Below are positions 55,643-64,000 of a stretch of 64,000 nt of DNA, piece after piece. The position numbers and the translations under genes were made by a program. Source of the stretch: Trypanosoma brucei (Eukaryota); NCBI GenBank assembly GCA_000002445.1, contig CP000068.1, forward strand, positions 96,001-160,000, in the 5' to 3' direction. Under the pieces are notes generated by a model. It saw nothing but the letters and a program-made list of their open reading frames with translations, did no database searches and was not told the DNA's origin. Numbering within the stretch: position 1 is the stretch's first letter; each line of letters begins with the position of its first letter.

Positions 55643-58420
55643 TTATTCCTTTTCATTTTGCGGTGCTGGCTGATGTCGATTATGTTGCTGTTGTTTCTCC
55701 AAATGTTGTTTCAGCAACTTTCGTTCCCTGTTTAACACGATAAGCTCCCGCCGCTCTCGCTTCGTCATGCGATTCCGCCGTGTCTCACTCGTGCAAACCG
55801 CTGCTGAGGTTTCAGGAAAATAAAGCGAGGGTGATGACTGCACCAATGATGGAGATGCTAACGCACCTCCCGCAACCTCCAATACCCCGGGCACCGATGA
55901 GCATATTTCACCACCACCATCCTCCTTATTTTCATCCTTCCGCACATCGCACTTATTTCCTCCAGTTATTCCCCTATCCAACTGTGCTGAGTGAAACCGC
56001 TGCGACGCCACACGTTTTCGCATAAGCTTCTCTCGGTAATGCATGTACGCTTCATTATCCGGAAGTTCCGTCTGGTCCATCAACTCTCTCAAGTCAGGGA
56101 CTCCACTTGAGCCCATGCACATTTCCCGAACCGGCCTGACAGCAGGTGGGGGATGCGTCTTCACAAAGACAAGCAAACGGCGTACAATTTTTAAGGAAAC
56201 GCGCTGCGGGATATTGTATAACAACTGAAGCGAAGGGTGAGATGGAAGCTCCTCGCTGCAGTAATGTACACTACTACTTGGATACCATAACACGAGACGG
56301 CCTCCCATTACCAGAGCCTCCGCAGCAAATAACATGAGATCCAGCACAATGTCACTGACGGCGTAGGAGGTTGATGGCGTCTCAACTGCTGTGGTTTTGG
56401 CTGACCTTGCATCATCATTCATTTGATTCTCACATCCTTCATCATCGCGTCGCTCGCCACAGGTGTCTCTAGCGTTAGAAGTATTTTTCATGGAGAGTTC
56501 AGTATTCAAGTAGATTGGCGTTTCGTTCAACACCTTCCCCGTCGATTGCTGCCCACTACCATCCTCACTAATTTCACGCAGCCTGTGAGCATTTCCTCCG
56601 CTGCCTTTATTTCCCTCATCATTATGTGATGTCACCGCCACACGCCCTCGTCCCTCGTTATCACCCGTACTCATCGCCACAGTATTCGTTTGCTTCGGTG
56701 CTGCACTTTTACGTGGCTCACGTATACCGTACGGAGGATCCGTTACGATGGCGTCAAGAAACCCCTCGCACAAGCGCGCTTCACTCACGGCTGCCATGCC
56801 CAACCCGTCACTGACGTTGTTGCTTGCGTCATTGCTGCCATCACGGCTAACATCATTCGTAACATTACTGATGCATGGACCGTTGGCAGTGCTCCCAAAA
56901 CCCTCGAAATTCGCGGCAACATTTTTAAGAGAGCCGCCACGTCCCCAACCCCTCAGGCGTAGAGTCTTTTCCCATAGTGCAAAATTCATCCGCACCCGTT
57001 CTGGTGGATTCAAACCGTAAATCTTAAAATTCGTCCTAACGGTGGGACCCTCAAGTGCCTCCTCCAGTGGAACACCGGCACGTTGAAGAGCCTCCTCCCC
57101 TAAAGCTCGCACTGCTGCAGCCCGCTGTTGTCGCTGTTGTGCACTCCGCAACCCCCGTTGGGTTCCCCGCTGCATTGCCCGACCGTCAACATCACCAGCG
57201 AATGTTACGGCACCGTAGTGGGCCGCCGCCACCAAAACACCGCATGTCCCGGCGAAGGGGTCGAATACAAAACTACCACGGCGAACGCACGCAAGATGAG
57301 CCATTACAAAAGCAGGCTCAGGTGGCATAGAAGTGGTCCCAATATAAGGCCGGCACTGAAGGCTGTAGCGGGTGAGAAGACCCTGACGGGAAGATCCAAC
57401 AACAAAAGTGCCACAGAGAACCCGCTGGACGGGACCCGACGGACTCCACCCGGCCTTAGCTCCCGGTGGTGCGTTTTCCACCGCATGCTCCAAAATCAAA
57501 AAAATGTCTTCACAAGGAAGCCCGCTTTCTCTGACCTCCTCGTCCTTCTCACTTTTCTGTTTCTTACAGCCACAAGTGGCGCTAAGTGATATTCCAATAG
57601 CATCAGCCAAACGAATAGCGAGGGCGTCCTTCTCCTCAGCAGAGTAGTGGCGTCCCACCGTTTCCACACGCACAGAAACGGCATCTCTTTTGTCGGCACC
57701 ATGACCTTTGGTGTCAGCAGCGTTGATGTTGGTATCGGAGCCTCTCCTTCCCATTTCCTCCCCCTCTTTTACCTTATGCGGTATCGATACCTGACTAACT
57801 TGATACAACTGCTTCAGTAACGGGGGCCCTACCAACGAGTCGCGATTATACACACAGCGGCTACATTCCCCTACACCGTTGCACCCAGCACGTGTAGAAT
57901 AACAACTCAAAACAGTCTTATCGGTGAAGGCAATGGCGCTATCACTACCATCGTTGCCGCTCATATTGGAAGCAGGGTTGTTATCGCATTTGGCTCCACC
58001 CGAACCATGTGCAACTTTGCTGCCACCAGCACGACCATCGGCAGCGTCAGCGGCACCGCATACCCCATGAACACAGTTCTTGTGAATGTTCAACTGATCA
58101 GAAGTGTGCTCGAAAGCAGTGATGGAAACATTACGGCAGTGACTCTCACAGACGAGTAACAACCCTTCCATTGTGGCAGCCGCCGCGATGAGTTGATAAA
58201 TTGCTCTCACCAGCATGCAGCGAGCGGCTACGCCACGGACAACATCCACCGATGCGGCCTCAAAAACACAAAATAGTGAAAGTGTTGAATCTGCGTGGAG
58301 CCATGGAGGACGGTGGAGAAGTTCAATGGTCTCCCCAAGCGCTGAAGCCGCGGACTGAAGTTCAGCTACACAAAACGGTGTAAGAGTTGGGGAACAAGCA
58401 AACCAACAAAAAAATAACAT
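55643..58420 (-). CDS. TRM11: Trm11-like tRNA (guanine-N2)-methyltransferase with a Rossmann-fold SAM-MTase domain and long low-complexity insertions, 925 aa
   Basis: Motif I FVFDPFAGTCGVLVAAAHYGAVTFAGD and motif IV IVTDPPYGIREPRK (D-P-P-Y, the amino-methyltransferase signature as in Trm11/TRMT11). Distal GGRLVLWYPSS block. The N-terminal region could hold a THUMP-like domain. Confidence 0.65.
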   Translation of the reverse strand: MLFFCWFACSPTLTPFCVAELQSAASALGETIELLHRPPWLHADSTLSLFCVFEAASVDVVRGVAARCMLVRAIYQLIAAAATMEGLLLVCESHCRNVSITAFEHTSDQLNIHKNCVHGVCGAADAADGRAGGSKVAHGSGGAKCDNNPASNMSGNDGSDSAIAFTDKTVLSCYSTRAGCNGVGECSRCVYNRDSLVGPPLLKQLYQVSQVSIPHKVKEGEEMGRRGSDTNINAADTKGHGADKRDAVSVRVETVGRHYSAEEKDALAIRLADAIGISLSATCGCKKQKSEKDEEVRESGLPCEDIFLILEHAVENAPPGAKAGWSPSGPVQRVLCGTFVVGSSRQGLLTRYSLQCRPYIGTTSMPPEPAFVMAHLACVRRGSFVFDPFAGTCGVLVAAAHYGAVTFAGDVDGRAMQRGTQRGLRSAQQRQQRAAAVRALGEEALQRAGVPLEEALEGPTVRTNFKIYGLNPPERVRMNFALWEKTLRLRGWGRGGSLKNVAANFEGFGSTANGPCISNVTNDVSRDGSNDASNNVSDGLGMAAVSEARLCEGFLDAIVTDPPYGIREPRKSAAPKQTNTVAMSTGDNEGRGRVAVTSHNDEGNKGSGGNAHRLREISEDGSGQQSTGKVLNETPIYLNTELSMKNTSNARDTCGERRDDEGCENQMNDDARSAKTTAVETPSTSYAVSDIVLDLMLFAAEALVMGGRLVLWYPSSSVHYCSEELPSHPSLQLLYNIPQRVSLKIVRRLLVFVKTHPPPAVRPVREMCMGSSGVPDLRELMDQTELPDNEAYMHYREKLMRKRVASQRFHSAQLDRGITGGNKCDVRKDENKEDGGGEICSSVPGVLEVAGGALASPSLVQSSPSLYFPETSAAVCTSETRRNRMTKRERRELIVLNRERKLLKQHLEKQQQHNRHQPAPQNEKE

Positions 58421-59823
58421 TGTATGTCACCGTCATGTGATGAGCGATTGCGTATCCGCGGCTTTCCTGGTGAACACACGCTCGAGAGTTAGCGCGCGCC
58501 TCCAACTCGCTGTAGGTCGTCGGTGCCTCAGCACAGTGCAGCTCGTCTTTCTTTTTTTTTTATGAAATCCACGATACCTCCCCACAGTTCGTTTGTAAAC
58601 GATAACTTTTCTCTTTTATGTGGTTTCGCTTCACTTCCTGCTATTTCTCCTCCGCTTACACGTTTCTGCTAAGTATCACAACACTGAAACATAGAAGCAC
58701 AGTATTACAGGCAGTGTGGAAAAAAATAAGAAGCAAAGGGCTCTGTCTGAAACGACAAGTAACGCGGGGTTGGGAAGGGAATATTAAAGGGTAAACGTAT
58801 ACACCGGTATGAGTGTGTTTTGGTGTTGTGTGTTTGGACGCGGAGACAATAGCAGTGGCGAGAAGAGAAAAAAAAAAGCGATGGAAGGGGGTTTTGATAA
58901 AGTATACGCCATTCCAACACACATGCACAAAAAAGAAAAAAAATGGCGGCGCCACAGGGAAGGATGCCTGTGTGAATCTGCCTGTCTATTTGTTGCTAGT
59001 GTTTTAAGAGGATAAATAAAGGCGTCACCACTCCACGGATGGGCGTAGAAAACACGAAATAGTTTCTCCCCTCATCATTTACATGAACTTGTACATATAT
59101 CACACCAGATGCACAACAACGCAGACAAATATCTTCCCCTTTCATCCCGCACATGCTTCACACTCCCAACTCCAAAAGACTACCAATACAAGTTTTTAAC
59201 CATATCTTTCCTCTTATGCAGCTTCCCCAACACAGGCGGCAACGTACATACGTGTGCAAAATGAAGATTTAATAAAACTATCACCCTTGACTTTATTGTA
59301 CATTTGATTTTCGGACTTTCTGTCCTCTTTCGGTCTCTCCATCTTTACATTTGCCATCCCCATTGTGTTACGGACGCGCTTACCCAGCTTAGCACATCCG
59401 AGGTGTTCGGTTGATCCATGTGTAGCCATGGCCATACATCCCCTTCTGATATACCCTCAAATTTGAAAAAAAAAAAAAACCTGCTCTCCCTCTCTCCTTC
59501 TTCTCCCTATCATCAACATTTATCTTAAACAAATCATTGCCTCTAATGAATCTCTACTACTCACCACGGGTGCGTGCAGGAGGAAAATAAAAAATGGAGG
59601 TCATGATTGTTACTAGCATATCATGGAACTGCAGTTCAGCACCTTTGAAGGGATTTTCGTAGCTGCCCTTCTCACCGCGCACCGTCCAGCAGCGCAGTTA
59701 ATCTTACGGAAGCAAAGCGCAAAAAGGCCCGTCACCCAGACGCCCGCTCCAGTTGCCTCTAATCCCTTTTGTTCCTTTTCTCCATCTTTGGATGCTGCAT
59801 TGTTCTCTCTCTTCATAATTCTT

Positions 59824-62800
59824 CTATAGCTGAACTGAATACTTGTCGGTCTGCGGAGTTGGGTTGTTCTTGTACAACGCCGAAAGCCTTGGATCGTCCG
59901 CGAGCTTCTGCGCTAACTTGGCGTACCTCTCGCTTGCACGATCAATATGCTTCACGAGTAGCTCGTCTAGTGTTTTCATGCGCCATGTGGCCTCCTTGCA
60001 GTATTGGGCAAACTCCTTCGCATCCCGTGCAACTTCACCACTGGTGGTTACAGCAACTGCAGCACTTGTGCTTGCAAGGGCATTCGCAGTGATTGTGCAG
60101 GATGCACCCATGACGCTTGGTATCCCTGTAACTGCCTCCCCTAATGCACCGCCACCTGTAGCAGCAAGGGCCACAGAATCTGACATGTCCTTCTGCTCTG
60201 CAGCTCCAAGTACTCCCTGGATGCTGCACGTCTCCACCCCTGAAGCCTTCACGGTGGACTCCACACCCGCCACAGCCGCATCAACGTTGCTCTGATAGTT
60301 GGCCTGACGACGAGTGAGCTCCTCCCTTTCCTCATCCATCTGTTTTTGTATAATACGACCGCGATGGATAAGGCGCTCCTTCAACTCACGTAGGGCCTCA
60401 TCTCGTACTCGGCGGGCTTGGTCCATGGTGAGGGCAACATTCATGTAGTCACCACTGAATGTGGTGGGGAGGTCAAGCTTCGCGATGTATGGCGCAAGGT
60501 AATCGCAGCGTGCCTCCTCACGCAGAGCCTCTTCAGCAAGTCGGCGTCTACGCTCCGCTTCAGTCTCACGAGGACGGTTGCGAAGCGTGTCAAAGACGGA
60601 CACAACAGCGGGAACGCGGCGCTGTTTTTCGTTTGCCAGAGCGACACGCTTTGAGGGACAAAGTCCGGGCAGCAAATACTCTTGATTCTGCGCCTGCGAT
60701 TTCTGCTCGGCGACGGGTGTCAGTTGAGCACCAGCGAGGCCTCCCAGTTCGACCGATGACCGCTTAGCAGCTTCCGCTTCGTCAGGACCTGCAACCGGAC
60801 CCGATGGCTCACGTGTGGACTCCACAATGGCATTGCATTCCGCCAACGAGGCCCGTACACGCCCTTGACACATCGTGACCCACCACCGCAGTCGGTTGCG
60901 CTCATTACACTGTTCCATATCCGATGGGGGTGTCGCGTTTGGCATCATAACGATGATAGATGGCAACGTACCTGAAATGCTCCCTTTCGGCCCCGCCACG
61001 GCGCTGAGAAGGCATTCCTCACCAGGGTCAGTTTTGGGGTACATGCGATAGGGACGGATGATACTCCCCGGCCGGTAATGGAAATAAACCCACATTTCAC
61101 CACCCTCAGACAGCGACCCCACACTGCCAGTAGACGGACCTGCGCACACCGGTGACAATGCAGCCGACGCGACAAGCTGTGGATGCATTGTGCCTGTAGC
61201 GGCACGTGCAGCGGCTACCGCAGCAGGGCGCACAAAGACGTATTTGGCCACATCGTCGTCAGGGGGGATGGTCTCATTGCGATGATACTTCTCACTCATT
61301 CGGATGGGTTCCGCACGTTGCGTGTCATCCGCACCCCGCACGCTCCCCTTAGTAGAGGGGGAACTTCCAACTTGTTGCGAATTGGTGTGGGACAAGTTGT
61401 ATCCCATGTTGAGTGCAGCCACATTATCGAAGGTGGCACTTCGGTACCATAACCGGTCATCGCGCCCTCTGTAAAACTCCTTCACCTTGCGAAGGGCGCG
61501 ACTCTCGTAGAAAAACTCCTGTCTCCGCCACAAGCCATCGTTACGGGCATCCCAGTAAAAGGTCATAGTTCGCTGCACACCTGGCTCGTACGTAAGTAAC
61601 CGCAGCCCCCCTACTGAAGTCTGCAACATTCTGCCACGTTCGAACCACTCTTGCATCAGGCGGAAGTTACCACTTTGTACCACAACATCAACCAACGGGA
61701 TGAGCTGGCTATTGGAATTCGACACGGTCCGTTCCCTCATAAAGGCACCACTGCTAAAGCTCCGGTGCCGCACAAAACTCCGACGCTTACCCACATTCGT
61801 CTCCCGAAATTCGTCGTCTAATGCGCTCGTCACTATATTTCTCCTCAAACCCGCCCTTTGCTGAGCCCCGCTCGAGTAATCGTAATCCGTGTCGTACGGT
61901 TCTTTTCCCTCTCCCTCCGCTGCCGGAAGTGCAACTAAACCTTCACCTCCAGACGCAGCGGCAGCACCACTCCTAAAGTCACTCACACTGTTCGTCCGCC
62001 TCATGAATGCGGATGCCGTGGGGTACACCGACCGGCGGCGCAGTTTATCCGCACGATGCTCAAAAAGCAGATGTATTTGTGCCTGACTGGGATATTGCGT
62101 ATCCGGCAAATAGACCTCAAGCACACGATGGTCAGGCATTAGATACGCGGCGTAGCGAAACACATCTGCATTGACATAGCGAGTGAATTTCATACCACCT
62201 GGATAACGACTTTCATACTGGGCCCGGTTCAATGTTAATTCTTCCACCCACGAAGCACAACAAAAGTGGACCGCACGGTCTCGCGTAGTTTGCATGAGAT
62301 GCGTCAGTCCTCCTGCCAAAGTGGAAAATCCCCCGCTAAATGTGCTACCGGGATGCTGTGCTGGAGATCCCTCATCATTGTAGCGCCGCCTCATGCCTGC
62401 CGAGTTACCCAACCCTCGGCTTCCATATACTGCTGATGGGCTAGCGCTTAAAACGCCGCCTCCGCTTCCAGGAGTGGCCCCCAAGTGCACTTGGCCCCCA
62501 AGTGTACTGAGGGGAGTGCCAACGAAATTATGCGAAATGTTGCGCTCGTCCTCAACGTCCAGTTCAAAGAGAACCGCTTCCCATTGAGATGCATCCTGAA
62601 GATCAGGCACCAGTGAACTGACAGCGGCGTCGGGGGTGAGGTTGACGAAATAGTTGTCACCATTGAAAACACCCTCAACACCCGTGTAAAAGCTATCGGC
62701 GTCACCCGGCGCGATGAGGTCGCCCCGGGAAGGTTCGACGAATACGGGCTCACGTACGCTCTTGCGCCCACCAGGGAGAACAAGTACCCAACTGTGAAGC

Positions 62801-63936
62801 CGTCGAACAGGTGGGAAGTTGACTGACTCGCCTTTTGCAGGTCCCTTAACGGCGTCATCCCCCCCTATTACAGATGCGGCATCAGCATTTCCACACCTTG
62901 CCGGGTTGTTGAAAGCATTGAAGCTGGTGTTAGGACCACAAAGGGGGCTCGTAGCACCCACCACATTATTAGCCAAGGGGCTACAGAGGCTAACGCTGTT
63001 CGCGTAGCTCTCGCTGGCCCCCTGAACCCTTGATCCCGCAAAGGATGTGTTACTTCTCGTGTCTTTGTCGTCGTCCTGCTGATGGTGGTACTGGGAGTAC
63101 ATATCAATCTCATCAGCAGGGCGGAGCACCAGGCGGTCCTTTACAAGTGCTGCATACTCCGCATCAACCATGTCGCTGCCATCATCATCGGCATCAGAGT
63201 CCACATAACAGCAGTAGTCATCCGTCACGGGAGCCTTTGTATTGGCATTTTCCTCCCTTCCACCGGTGGTGCCAACCACGTTGCTGCAATACGTACTGTC
63301 TTTGTTGCTGGTCCTGCGCTTGCTTTTGCTCTTTCCGCTAGTCGAAAGCTCCCCATATTCATCTGTCCATTCCCGTTGTGAACTGTCATTCTCGCACACG
63401 GCGCGTTCAGCGTAGCCCACCACCACGTAGGCGTTGTACCCCACTCCCACAAGCAACGAAGTGAGAAGTATGCTCAACTCGAAGCAATTGCCAATCTGCC
63501 ACTGTAGCGTCGTGGCTGGGGAAACCACCACTTCAGGAAGCCTTTCCGTGTCTTCAAGTATCTCATACCGCATATACCCCGCAAGGAACCTCGCACACGA
63601 ACCCACATCAAACAATTCATCAAAGGGAAAAATGGTGGGCCGAATGAAGGTGCATATCATCTTTCGGGTGCGACACTCATTCAACGGGGCAAGAAGCTGC
63701 GGCGCACGCTTAGGAAAATACTCATGAAAGTGAGATTGGAACCTCCTAGTAGCTTTGAAGATGCTCTCCTCTGCCGGACTAATCTCCGTGTAGGAGGGGG
63801 GAAAACCCTCCTTGCGAAGCCAGTGGGTGAGACGCTCCGCTCTCGTGGCCTCATAAGGAGCTGGTGACAAGGTTGCGGGCCCGGGTACCTTCTCTTCTCC
63901 TCCTTCTTCAGCATCAGTGGGAGTCGCAGTTCCCAA
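59824..63936 (-). CDS. large conserved hypothetical protein of 1370 aa with an N-terminal transglutaminase-like (papain-fold) motif and a C-terminal coiled coil. Possibly an axonemal DRC7/CCDC135-like protein.
   Basis: WQIGNCFELSILLTSLLVGVGYNAYVVVGYA matches the transglutaminase-like core around the catalytic Cys (G-x-C-x-x-[FY]-[AS]...G-[IVY]-x-A-R-x-V-x-G). C-terminal charged heptad region (ETEAERRRRLAEEALREEA...ERLIHRGRIIQKQMDEEREELTRRQANYQ). The DRC7 assignment is only a recollection that DRC7 proteins carry such a domain. Confidence 0.5.
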   Translation of the reverse strand: MGTATPTDAEEGGEEKVPGPATLSPAPYEATRAERLTHWLRKEGFPPSYTEISPAEESIFKATRRFQSHFHEYFPKRAPQLLAPLNECRTRKMICTFIRPTIFPFDELFDVGSCARFLAGYMRYEILEDTERLPEVVVSPATTLQWQIGNCFELSILLTSLLVGVGYNAYVVVGYAERAVCENDSSQREWTDEYGELSTSGKSKSKRRTSNKDSTYCSNVVGTTGGREENANTKAPVTDDYCCYVDSDADDDGSDMVDAEYAALVKDRLVLRPADEIDMYSQYHHQQDDDKDTRSNTSFAGSRVQGASESYANSVSLCSPLANNVVGATSPLCGPNTSFNAFNNPARCGNADAASVIGGDDAVKGPAKGESVNFPPVRRLHSWVLVLPGGRKSVREPVFVEPSRGDLIAPGDADSFYTGVEGVFNGDNYFVNLTPDAAVSSLVPDLQDASQWEAVLFELDVEDERNISHNFVGTPLSTLGGQVHLGATPGSGGGVLSASPSAVYGSRGLGNSAGMRRRYNDEGSPAQHPGSTFSGGFSTLAGGLTHLMQTTRDRAVHFCCASWVEELTLNRAQYESRYPGGMKFTRYVNADVFRYAAYLMPDHRVLEVYLPDTQYPSQAQIHLLFEHRADKLRRRSVYPTASAFMRRTNSVSDFRSGAAAASGGEGLVALPAAEGEGKEPYDTDYDYSSGAQQRAGLRRNIVTSALDDEFRETNVGKRRSFVRHRSFSSGAFMRERTVSNSNSQLIPLVDVVVQSGNFRLMQEWFERGRMLQTSVGGLRLLTYEPGVQRTMTFYWDARNDGLWRRQEFFYESRALRKVKEFYRGRDDRLWYRSATFDNVAALNMGYNLSHTNSQQVGSSPSTKGSVRGADDTQRAEPIRMSEKYHRNETIPPDDDVAKYVFVRPAAVAAARAATGTMHPQLVASAALSPVCAGPSTGSVGSLSEGGEMWVYFHYRPGSIIRPYRMYPKTDPGEECLLSAVAGPKGSISGTLPSIIVMMPNATPPSDMEQCNERNRLRWWVTMCQGRVRASLAECNAIVESTREPSGPVAGPDEAEAAKRSSVELGGLAGAQLTPVAEQKSQAQNQEYLLPGLCPSKRVALANEKQRRVPAVVSVFDTLRNRPRETEAERRRRLAEEALREEARCDYLAPYIAKLDLPTTFSGDYMNVALTMDQARRVRDEALRELKERLIHRGRIIQKQMDEEREELTRRQANYQSNVDAAVAGVESTVKASGVETCSIQGVLGAAEQKDMSDSVALAATGGGALGEAVTGIPSVMGASCTITANALASTSAAVAVTTSGEVARDAKEFAQYCKEATWRMKTLDELLVKHIDRASERYAKLAQKLADDPRLSALYKNNPTPQTDKYSVQL

Positions 63937-64000
63937 ACCAACCTTTGCTGTGTTGGCGACGGCGCCGCCTCTTCCTGGTGAAGTCCCGGGGACGCTTGCG

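Noticed and set aside
1-64000. Prokaryotic-style interpretation (operons, CRISPR, defence systems, phage or mobile-element islands)
   Set aside because: Gene structure (type-I membrane glycoproteins with signal peptides, polypyrimidine/AG trans-splice signals, polycistronic strand-switch organisation, a mitochondrial presequence on NuoF) is that of a kinetoplastid nuclear genome. No CRISPR repeats, integrases or bacterial promoter/RBS patterns were seen.

Overview
This window looks like a chromosome-internal segment from a kinetoplastid, most probably Trypanosoma brucei or a very close relative. I infer this from gene content and architecture alone; no database search was possible. The supporting signs are: intron-less genes packed into same-strand polycistronic clusters separated by strand-switch regions; polypyrimidine tracts followed by AG upstream of ORFs, as expected for trans-splicing; long low-complexity intergenic regions full of microsatellites; and a family of about 522-523 aa type-I membrane proteins that match what I recall of the 75 kDa invariant surface glycoprotein (ISG75) of bloodstream-form T. 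brucei (signal peptide, roughly 440 aa ectodomain, Glu/Ala/Arg/Lys coiled coil, one transmembrane helix, and a lysine-rich cytoplasmic tail of about 30 aa). Layout, left to right: (i) a 487 aa heavily N-glycosylated secretory ORF on the + strand at 1.65-3.1 kb; (ii) a convergent strand-switch region at 3.1-8.4 kb; (iii) four tandem ISG75-family genes on the - strand at 8.4-16.6 kb, the innermost being a divergent 552 aa paralog; (iv) a gene-free divergent strand-switch region of about 8.4 kb at 16.8-25.2 kb; (v) two ISG75 genes on the + strand at 25.4-29.2 kb, so the ISG75 locus is a large inverted duplication (palindrome) around a putative Pol II start region; (vi) a second convergent strand-switch region at 29.4-33.2 kb; (vii) a long - strand cluster of three ISG-fold type-I membrane proteins (two of them mosaics of each other), a trans-sialidase/sialidase-like protein, a tRNA-Arg(ACG), the 51 kDa NADH dehydrogenase flavoprotein subunit (NDUFV1/NuoF), a small twin-Cx9C (CHCH) ORF that is easy to miss, an MFS-type transporter, a C-terminal RING-like zinc finger protein, a Trm11-like RNA methyltransferase, and a 1370 aa protein with a transglutaminase-like cysteine-protease-fold motif. 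No prokaryotic-style systems (CRISPR, operons, defence islands) are present. The most interesting signals are recombination and gene-conversion architecture in surface-protein genes, dispersed repeats that bracket genes and strand-switch regions, and an unannotated-looking small CHCH ORF.
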